DNA of 64,000 nt, taken from the NCBI RefSeq assembly GCF_004010195.1, contig NC_057711.1, positions 72,951,470 through 73,015,469 on the forward strand, in the 5' to 3' direction. Of this stretch, positions 53,761 through 64,000 are shown in pieces (the first letter of the stretch is position 1; each line of letters begins with the position of its first letter). The translations under genes and the position numbers were made by a program. The notes beneath the pieces were generated by a model. That model was not told the origin of the DNA. It saw only the letters and a program-made list of their open reading frames with translations, and did no database searches. The DNA comes from Chiloscyllium plagiosum. Lineage: Eukaryota.

Positions 53761-54457
53761 TATAAGATTCTGCCCACAGAGACCTTTCACCATTGAGTCT
53801 TTCGAATAGCTGCACTGGAAGTAATGTCTTTCAAAAATATACATTATTCCTACAACATAAAACAAAAAAATGCAGGACAAAACATTTCACTTCAATATTA
53901 CAAACTTGGTAATAAATTGTAATTTTCCTCCAATATTCACTATTCCATTCAATGCACTTGTAATAGTCTTAGCATTGACATCATACATTCTATGTCTGGC
54001 ATACAGCCCGAGGGCAAAAAACATTTCAAATTGGAAAATGTAGAAAGTACAACAGATATAAAAATTCCCTTTAAACCATATTTCACTCTGAGGTACCTCA
54101 ATACATTTTAAATGCTATCCTGGAAAATAATGATCAAAGACTCTGCTATATATTTTTTCATTCCCTTCAACAGTCTAAGTAAACCTCATCTGGATCTGGA
54201 AATTCAAAGCACTTTTTTATGTTTGGCCTCTCCAACATTACACATTCCACTTTCTTCACTGTAATGCATGTCTTTGCCCCACTTTGATTTCGTCATGTGA
54301 GATACAATACCTACAAATAATTCCCTTTAAATGAAAAAGTAATTACTATAGCCAAATTTGTCAAAATTCATTTAGATGTGGAGACAGAGTGAGATTGTGT
54401 ATATTTGATATTTAGAGACCTGCATTGAATGGGAGGCTGATCCATTGAACTATACTG

Positions 54458-54775
54458 TGGGCGGCACGGTGGCACAGTGGTTAGCACTGCTGCCTCACAG
54501 CGCCTGAGATCCGGGTTCAATTCCCGCCTCAGGTGACTGACTGTGTGGAGTTTGCACATTCTCCCTGTGTCTGCGTGGGTTTCCTCCGGGTGCTCCGGTT
54601 TCCTCCCACAGTCCAAAGATGTGCAGGTCAGGTGAATTGGCCAAGCTAAATTGCCCGTAGTGTTAGGTAAGGGGTAAATGTAGGGGCATGGGTGGGTTGT
54701 GCTTCGGCGGGTCGGTGTGGACTTGTTGGGCCGAAGGGCCTGTTTCCACGCTGTAATGTAATGTAATGTAATGTA
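54458..54775 (+). mobile_element. Full-length HE1-type SINE with (TGTAA)n tail and 6-bp TSD
   Basis: A box TGGCACAGTGG, B box GGTTCAATTCC, CR1-like 3' end; ATACTG at 54452-54457 and 54776-54781. Confidence 0.9.
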
Positions 54776-57194
54776 ATACTGACATAAAATGTCAAATCTT
54801 AATGCCATTTCGTGTGAATACGGAATCCAACATCTTGTATGTGTACTTTATCCATAGAAATACTTCCCATAGTAATGCAAACATTCACTGCTGACGGTCT
54901 GTGCTTTATCCATTACTATTTAGTTCTCATTACAATTTTTGAGATAATGGATACCACAGAGTTTTGGGCTCCGTAGAGCTTCCCCTTTGTAGCATTTCAT
55001 TTTTATAATAAGTCTTAATGATTGTGACACTTGAAGACTTCTTATAAGAAGTATTTTCAGTTTTGTGAAATCCATTGGAGATTGAAGGTGCAAGCAAATA
55101 TATAAAAGATATCAGACTGACTGCTTTGATCTTTGTAACTAAAATTTGTGTGCTGTTGCCAGAACAAATTCTATGGAAGATGCATAAGAATACACGATTT
55201 TGTAATTTTTCAAAGAGGAATGGAAACAAGCGAGATTTTTTCTGTGCTAAACTTTCTTTGTCTTATGAGCTGTCATTTGGTTGTTTTGTAAAATATTCTA
55301 CATTGGATTGGATAAGTTTATTTTGTGTACTAATGAGAATTGAGATACACTTTGTGTGTATTTTGTGAACTAATAGAGCATGTAGATGAGACCAATGGAG
55401 TGAAAATCAATGAAGTAAAAGATGAGCCTCAATATAAATTGCAGACATGTAAGAAATATGCATATTTTTCAAGTAAATAATCAGCTTATTGGGGTTAGTG
55501 TTCACTAGCCAACAAATATAGAAAATCTGTAATCCTAATAATTGTGGCTACACATCATTGAGGTTCAGTTCAATGCAGTTAACATAAAGATTAGCATAAA
55601 TATGTAGATCATATTTTTGATTATTTGACCCAATCCAATACTTGCTTGCGGTAGCAAGTTTAGTCAATTTTTATTCATTTCTGCTTATTGAATGGTGAGT
55701 ATATTGCATTTTAACAGAGAAACGTCTTGAAAAGGAGTGTTTAATTACTTATTGTTGCTTTTGAAAAACACAAGTTTTTTAACTCCGGTAAACATGATCT
55801 TCAACGAAAAAGGCACACTTAATGAAATTTCACACCTAATTAATGGTAAAATATTTGTGATGACTCTGGATATCCTGGTCAATGTTAATCCTTCAATCAA
55901 CATCACCAAAATTGTCTAATGATTACCAGTTTGCATGGCTGTCTATATTCAATATCAAGGCTGTAGAAACCTGCATTGTGTGATGTTTGTGCAGCCTTGC
56001 TGTGAACAAATTGGGAACATGCAAAATGTTTCATGCTTTATAGCAGTGGCAACCTTTCAGAAATTCTCCATTGCCTGTAAGGCACTTTGGAATGTCCTGA
56101 GGCTATGAAAGGGATTGTGAATGCAAAATCTTTTTGACACTATTTGCAGCACATCGCTGGATGAAAAGAGTAGGAGCTTTTGTTCTTGATATGTCCTTTG
56201 AATTAAATGGCATTGTAATAGAAATATACAATGACAATTCTGAGAAGTAATTTTTACAAAAACAACAAAAACTTTTTGCATACTGTTGTTTTGCATGAGG
56301 TTTTACAGGTGACCAGATGTTCTTCAAGCTTGAGGTGATTTTATTAAAAAGAGAAGTACAGCTCTTTCCTTTCTGGAGGTCTGCTGACTTCTGACCAAAT
56401 TTTCACACCCACAAGCTGTTCAGCTACCTGGGAGCCAATCATATATTTGTTGCCAGCCAAATATCCCTATATACATACCTCCTTCACTCTAGTCTGCAGT
56501 CCTTCCCCTACAGATTGAACAAACAGCAGTGTTAACAGCACTAATGGTGAGTGTCAGGAAACTTGCTATTATAAAGTACAGCAATCCTTTTCAAATTGTT
56601 GGTTTTTAAAATCAAGTCTACAATCATAAAAACAGAAAAATAAAATACTGTCATAAGCAAAGCACGATCTTTTAGAAGGCTTGATTTAGATAGAAAGGTT
56701 TTTGCACAGTTTCAGTTACCCAATTATCTTTTACACATTTTGTCACAATTTGCTGGGCATGTTTTGAAATCTGCAAGTCCTGATCAAAGTTTTGTTACTG
56801 TTTGCAAGGTTGTCCCACACAGAAAAATAATAAGCACTGAGCTACTTCACAGACCAGATGCAGATGACAGGCATCCTATTGTGAATTTAAATGTACATTT
56901 AATACCAACCTCAGAACACTAGTTAGATATTTTCATTTCTCATATCTCTTAAACTTCTTTTGTCTTGCTAATTTTGTTTTATTGCTGGGTGGCATCCCAG
57001 AGCAGGTTGGATGCAGGACAGTCTGCTCAAATTCATTTCAGGTTTGCTGTTTCATTAGCTGACAGAAACAACTTCTGATCATTGGTTTGTGATTTATGTG
57101 AGTGATGTTACAAAAATCTAAGTCAGTAGTTATCTTCTCACAATGGACTGTAATGTAAATTACAAATTGTCATATCAAGGAAGATGTTGAATTT

Positions 57195-57288
57195 ACAAAG
57201 TGGGTCTGGTTGGGATGCTCTGTGGAGGGTCAGTGTAGACTCAATGGGCCAAATGGCTTACTTCCACACTGGAAGGATTCTATGATTC
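57195..57288 (+). mobile_element. HE1/CR1 3' tail fragment
   Basis: gggatgctctgtggagggtcagtgtagactcaatgggcc...ttctatgatt. Confidence 0.6.
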
Positions 57289-59777
57289 GTTTCTGGGGAT
57301 GTATGAGGTGGGATGATCTGAAATCACCTCCATCATCCATGTCTGTCTTGTGATATAACCTGGTGAAGCACTGTAACAGAATTGAATAACAAGTAGAGAA
57401 CAGCTGCTGGCATTCATTTTAAAAAAAGTGAAAAAATAGTCCAAATTCAAAGGAAGAGTAGCTGAGTTACAAAGAAGTCAGGTCAGTCCATGAGAATGAG
57501 GATGTTTAAGAGGTCTCAAAGTTGCTTAAAGGAAACACTAAGTAAAGCTTTCTATATAAATTTAACTGTGTCTAACTGGAATAAGCTGTAGTTCTGTCAT
57601 TCCCTGATGATCGGTATCACAGCATGGATTTTCCCCAAGTTGGAGGAGTGAGGCAACATATGCTGTGCCTGCAATATGCATTTCTAAATGTGAGGATATT
57701 CCAGTATTTCCTCAGTGATCTTAATTCAAAAAGCAGTTTTGATTTCCTAAAAGATCAGCTGGTTACCCTGTATGGATCATAAGGGTCCAGGTTATGTCTC
57801 CTATCAAACCTAAAATTCCTTGATATCTATAAGGCTGCATAAGGCTCAGGTTTTGAATAGAAAATTTTAACCTGAATAATGTTCAATGACCTTTACCAGA
57901 AATACGCAAGTACAGACAGCAAGCGTGGACTAGATCAGGCACAGTTGGAATGTTTTTTAAATCAATTATTAATGATCACTGCTTTTAAAAAAAAATTTAA
58001 TCAACCCCTTCAGCCATGTTATAATACACTTCTGTGGCAGGTGAGCCAGATCTTCTAGCTAAGAGGTAGGGACACTGCCATTGCAATACATGACTCTTAA
58101 CATTTCTGAATAGGTTGATTTAAAAAAAATTATGACACATATCCATGGTACGTGGGACTTGAAGCTGGTCTAATTGACCCAGAGATGGTGCGACTTCCAC
58201 TGTGCCACAAAACCCATGATCACTGCCCATGTTTATGTATAATGGCCATTTAAGCAAGCAACTTGTGCCCATGGTACCACATCGCAGCAAAAGGATTAAT
58301 GCTTTCAGGAAAGAAGGGAAAACTATTATTATTAAACTGATTATTTTCTAATCAACCTTTTCAGAGATATTATTACACACCTCTATGCAGGAGGGTACTT
58401 GAAACTAAGCCTCCTGGCTTAGAGGTAGGAACACATCTACTGTGCCATAACAGCTCTGCTCAAATGCACAATGCGGCGATTGAGTCTCATGCTATACCAT
58501 CTGAGCTAGCCAGGCAGCAGAAATTCTTCATATACTGTCTAGAAAAATAAAGCTTGATAGTGGACTTTACATGGGAAGGTTTCCTAATCTCAGCTAAAGC
58601 ATGAAGGAACAATACAAAATAAAGAATAATCTGCTTTACAGAGTGAGGAAAAATCAAAGACCGGTCATGTCAGACGACAATATTACATGTCATGATGGGA
58701 AGTTATAAAACAGACTCTAAATTAGTCATCGTATCCAGAGAATAGTATGTGGGGAGAGAAAGTAAGTAAAGGAAACAAAAGGAATAACTAAGTACATGCA
58801 ATTAAATTAGTTATTCTGCATGGATGAAAGGAAACTAAGATCAGCAACTATGAAGGTTTCTGTTACATCATTACACATCTTAAAGGTCAATAGATAGAAT
58901 AAATATTTAATCAAGAAAAGAAATAGGAAAAGGTCAGATTGGGCAAAACTATGTTTCAAGCAATGGGTTTCAAGGGTTTTGAAAGCAGGAGAGCACCAAG
59001 AAGTAAGAGATGATAGGAGTGATAGTCTCGTGGGTGGGTTGCGGAAAGAGTATCCATACTTGACCTCTGCTGTACCCCTCAGTTTCAAATATTTCAAGAC
59101 TAGCCATCGAGACTTCTCATTTATTGAAATACCATTCAGCTGCACTTTAATACATAGACAAGCTCCAGCTTTAAAATTGCTAAATAAATTCCAAACTATT
59201 TAATAAGATTTCTGACTGTACAGTATTGCAATATTTATGATTATTCAATCTAAAAGCAGTGGGCTAACTTGTGAAACTTCATCTCTGAACTCAAGGACAT
59301 TTTTAAGAAAGAAGTTGGAACAAATATTTGCGTTCATTATGCAACAATAAATACAGGAAAATTTAATATTTTTCAACTTCTTTATGCTCAATATCAAATT
59401 AGTATTAGTAATCTTGGGAAGTTATCCCTCTAAATTATATAGCAGCCTTTATGTAGGCTACACCATTGTGACTTCATTATTATTTGATCTAAATCCTGAA
59501 TTCACTGCAATTCATCAACATTGCCAGGGTGTCTCAGAGCAAGTTGTGAAAACGCAATTCACATCCTAAGAGTAAATAGACTGAAACAAAATGAATAAAT
59601 ATTATGTCATCTAATGTTATAAGAAAGGACTGTTACAATACTAAGTGATTTATTTCCTGCACTATTCAGTAAACATTGTAAACTAGTTGCTAATGAGGGG
59701 GATTGTATTTATGAGAAGAAAATTCCAATTCAAAAAAATTGTATGCAATGCATACTTTTAAGAGTATACAAGTTGAA

Positions 59778-60094
59778 ATTAGATTAGATTACTTATAGTG
59801 TGGAAACAGGCCCTTCAGCCCAACAAGTCCACACCGACTCTCCGAAGAGCAACCCACCCAGAACCATTCCCCTAAATTTACCCCTTCACCTAACCCTACG
59901 GGTAATTTAGCATAGCCAATTCACCTAACCTGCACATTTTTGGACAGTGGGAGGAAACCGGAGCACCCGGAGGAAACCCACGCAGTCATGGGGAGAACAT
60001 GCAAACTCCACACAGACTGTTGCCTGAGGCTGTTGAACCCAGTCTCTGGTGCTGTGAGGCAACAGTGCTAACCACTGTGCCACCGTGCTACCCA
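59778..60094 (-). mobile_element. HE1-type SINE with (TCTAA)n tail
   Basis: Reverse-complement homolog of 54458-54775. Confidence 0.9.
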
Positions 60095-62839
60095 TATTGG
60101 AGTCATTCTTCATTTTGGCCCCTGATATGCAATATTATTTAATCCAAAAGTTACACATTGACAGTACATTGGGACTACATGGGCTGGATCAGCTTTCCAA
60201 AAGTGCAAATACAAGAGGTGTAACAGTCCCAAGGCCTGTGTCAATATTGAGGACATCATATCAGGAGGAAAAATTAATTAGCTCCTAATACTTGTGTAGA
60301 TTAGACAAAGAACAGCAACAAAGTACAATAACCACAAATATTTTCAATTCAGAGTCTGTATTTCTCAAATAATCTGTATGATAACAACTGTGATGTGACA
60401 AGAAAATCAATTTGGAGGGCTGATAGTTTCAGGCTATTGTTCCCACTTTGTCTATTATATTAATTTGAAGGGCAAGGCATCCTGCTCAGGTGCCTGGTGC
60501 CTGTTGTTTTTATTCTTTATTGACACAAATTATTCCATCGAGCAAGTGCACTAGAGAAATTGGCTAGCGAACAGAGACATTTGTGATAATAAAGGTATTG
60601 ACCATGGTTCTGCTAGCAAGTTAGCAGCCCTCCTCCTTGCACATAGGTCATGAAGAGGGAACGGAGATCTGTAACTTTGAGACACAGCCCCACTTTTATT
60701 TTCACCAGGCTTTCAGTGAATATGTTTCGTATTTAACTTATTATTTTACTTCAAAATGAAAGAAACTTGTCAAATATCTTGACTCAACTGAGAATTTAGC
60801 ACACTAACCTGGCAAAACATTTAGAGCAAAAAACTGTGTGTAACCTAATGAGTGTAATCTCCATTGAATATGATAATTACATCAATATTTGACTAGAGGA
60901 ATTTTTAAACCTTTTGAGCTATGAAGCCTAAGTACATTATTGTTTTGCTTTTATCTTAATTTTTTTCATTTTTATTGTGATCTTATGAAGTTATGCAGAA
61001 GTGAATCTCCACTGTAATTGACTCACAGTGAAAAGGAGGGTACAGGATAAATTGTTTTTAACTAGGAAGTTATAATTCATTGGTTGAAAGTAGCGAAGAG
61101 CAGCCTTATCTCATTGCTGGAAAAATTATGTAAATGCAGCTAAAAAATGTCATATTGTCCACAGCAGTTGTCATCACTGCACTCACATTCTGCAGTATGA
61201 CCTGGACCCCACATCAATGGCACTGAAAATTTCATTAGCGCTGCCTCTACCACGATCTACAGATTCGATGAGAGCACTGTTTAAAAATTGCCAGAAGCTT
61301 TCTCAAATATGCAGACAAAATCCATGCAAAATCAATTGGACATTGCATCCACGTGGTTGAAAATCATCTCCCCGCCAAGTCCTATTCTTCCAACTCTCAA
61401 AATCATCAATATTTCAGAGTAAGGCAATGAAATACTCCAAAGGCACTCTGAATCTGTGTCTGTGAAACATGGCAATTTTGAAAATAAGTGGAGGAGCTTG
61501 CAACCAATCATTCATAATGCTGATGACCTGTTTATTAAACAGCATTATACTTTGAGTCTCATTATCTTAATGATAAGGCAGAGCACAGCAGCAGCGAAGG
61601 AAAGAAAAAGAAGCAAATTTTGCACTCCAGATCACATCTCCATGTGGGAATGTTTGCCCCATGTACCGTTAAATCTGTGGGTCAAGAATTGGTTTGTTCA
61701 GTCACATATAACCATGTTGGAAATTCAACCCTTGAGTAGACATCACCTTAAATTGAGTGACTGCTGATCATGACCACTGGGATAGTGATGGCTGTTTTCA
61801 TTCTTCAGTTTTCTTCAAACTCTCATTTCCAAATTGATACAAAGTTGGGTACTATGTTAAATCAGTCCAGTGATAGTCTACTGTCTCATAAGATGATGGC
61901 TTGCATTATGGGATAAAGTGTGCCTCATTGAAAGCCCCAAGCAATGTTATAATGTTATTAACTTTGTTTGGTAGAAGATATTTCTTTCAAAAAAATCATA
62001 GTTCAGATTTAATTTCTTTACTGACTTGTGCTTATTTCAAAGGCGGTAAAGCAATACCATCTAAGCCCATTCTCCAATGCCATTCTTATAGCGTATTGCT
62101 AAGATCAATTATGCTTTGCAAAGCAAATTACTCCAGCAATCTAACTGCTTTGACTATATAACTAGAAGTAGTTAAGGGGTTAAGAGAATGAATAAATTAT
62201 TTTATCTATCTACAGAAAAATTACATTTGAATTCTTCAATTTAAAGGAAGTGACAGTCATAATAAAACACTATTATCTCCATTCTTTATTTCAGCTGGAT
62301 TGTCGAAGTCTGTGACATTTTGAAATGTCATGGAGAAACCATGCAGATCAATTAAAATATTGCAAATGCCGAATGTTGCTTTTGTACATTTTTGTGAAAT
62401 CTAATCTTTAGATGTGAAATTAAAATCATTTTTTATCTGATCTATGTTACCACTTCAACAACAACTACTTGCTATTGGATAGTGGCATCGAAAATATTTA
62501 CAATGCAGGTACAGGCTTTCACTTCAAACAAATAATTTGCCAGTACTTGAGTCTTCTCAGGCTCTTCTCAGTTATCCCCAATAACATTCCTTTTCCATCT
62601 TTCTCTCTTACGTCTCTGTCTAGATTCTCCTTGAATGTTCTTTGCCTCACTTCCAATTTCTGTTACGGTGTAATTTCAAAAACCATCTTAAAATGATTCA
62701 TAAAGATATAATCAAAATTAACTAATATCAAACCAAAGGAAATATTATACAAAGTAACCAAGAATTAGAAGGGGACCTTTAAGATTTTTAAATATGGAAG
62801 GAATTCCAGAACCTACATTGCTGAGGGTGATATTTCAAA

Positions 62840-63058
62840 GAATGTGGCACTGGAAAAGTGCAGCAGGTTAGGCAGCATTCGAGGAGCAGGACAGTTGATG
62901 TTTTGGGCATAAACCCATCATCAGGAATCCTGAAGAACAGTTTATGCCCAAAACATTACCTCTCCTGCTCCTTGGATGCTGCCTGACCTGCTGTGCTTTT
63001 CCAGTGCAGCACTTTTTGATTCTGATCTCCAGCATCTACAGTCCTCACTTTCTCCTGA
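62840..63058. mobile_element. Older inverted pair of PLE terminal repeats with decayed hammerheads
   Basis: Same family A unit in - then + orientation. Confidence 0.7.
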
Positions 63059-63844
63059 AGGAGATGATTATCCGGTGAAGGAGCAGATCCACTTTCAATG
63101 GAATAAAAGTTTTGGGTGCTATAGGAGGGGTGGAGGAGTTTAGACAAATATAATGCAGTTTGGTCTGTGAGGAATTTAAATTTTCCTCCTTAGGGTCAAG
63201 CTATCGGAGCCTCAGACTCTCCAGTTCTTTATTGTTCATCATGACAATACATAAAGGAGTAGAAAGAATAAAGGGGTATAGACTTCCCATTGGATCATTC
63301 CAATACTTCCTACTGTGGAGCTCCCTATGTCAGTGGTGGAAACATTAGCATTATTTCTCATCTCCACCAGATATAAACCTTTTGATTTGTACACAGTCAC
63401 TTTTACTGACTCTTCTAATTCATTGTCAGTGATGGAGCAGCCATCATTCTTCCATGTCAGTTCCGTAGTGTCCTCCTCCAAGGAAGTAAGGATGTGTAAA
63501 TATGGCAGCCTCCATGCTTCTTATTAATTCTCTCAAGCTGAACACTACAAACCTGAATTTGCACCAGTCAATGTAAGAGGGAGAGTTTTCTGGAAGGAAA
63601 TAAACACCCAGCTGGTTGAAATGGGGATAGGAGGCAGAGTTGCTGTCAGAAATATCTCTGCATCGTAGTGACAAGTACTCCGCTGTCTTTGCTGAACTTC
63701 CACAAGCTCTCTCGAAAGTGGTTAAATGAAGAAAGCATTGATATATCCTTGTCATGATCTGCTGGGATGCTGCCAGGGTTGGTGTGGATTTTGTCTCCAA
63801 GGGAAAACAAACAGTGGTCTTTTTTGTGTTGCAGGCGTACACAA

Positions 63845-64000
63845 CCCTTAGTACAAAGGGAAAAGAAATCACACAACACCAGGTTATAATCCAACAGGCT
63901 TATTTGCAAGTACAAGCTTTCGGAGAGCTGCTCCTTCATCAGATAACTAGTGGGGCAAGATCATAGGACAGAGAACTAGAAATTCTTGTACTTTCAAATA
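63845..64000 (-). mobile_element. PLE-type terminal repeat, family B
   Basis: Homologous to 900-1015; an inverted piece cttgtactttcaaata sits at the window end. Confidence 0.65.
63914..63942 (-). ncRNA. Minimal hammerhead ribozyme motif (family B, intact core)
   Basis: CTGATGA-A-GGAG[cagct]CTCC-GAAA-GC-TT; palindromic AGCT stem III. Confidence 0.6.

Noticed and set aside
54458..54535. tRNA-like A/B boxes
   Set aside because: SINE head without a complete cloverleaf; not a tRNA gene.
54368..54808. 146-aa ORF on the - strand
   Set aside because: Antisense reading of the HE1 SINE.
63239..63481. Ig-C1-like impression of LTWKNDG...GLYLV
   Set aside because: Canonical cysteines and spacing are absent; kept only as part of the weak decayed-ORF finding.
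1..64000. CRISPR arrays, operons or other prokaryotic systems
   Set aside because: The sequence is vertebrate with spliceosomal introns; the recurring repeats are dispersed retroelement pieces, not regularly spaced arrays.

Overview
Eukaryotic, AT-rich, repeat-rich genomic DNA from a cartilaginous fish, judged from its HE1-type SINEs, CR1/HER1 LINEs and shark-type Penelope repeats. The + strand carries an almost complete multi-exon GRAMD2B (GRAMD3) gene. I traced 12 coding exons with GT-AG boundaries from 5976 to 44179, plus a candidate first exon (ATG 2681) and a 3' UTR ending near AATAAA at 45235. All junctions are phase-consistent except one, which needs a further exon that probably lies in the 500-N gap at 9413-9912. 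Introns and the downstream region are filled with CR1, L1/Tx1, Penelope-like (PLE) and SINE fragments. Main observations: (1) PLE terminal repeats carry minimal hammerhead-ribozyme motifs of two sequence families, including a near-perfect 167-bp palindrome holding two of them. (2) A candidate unannotated antisense gene or pseudogene has its terminal exon (132 open codons, strong acceptor, AATAAA) inside the last GRAMD2B intron and splices in frame to an upstream exon carrying two stops. (3) An in-frame uORF ends in a TAA that abuts the candidate GRAMD2B ATG. Gene and repeat names come from recalled sequence similarity, not from database searches.
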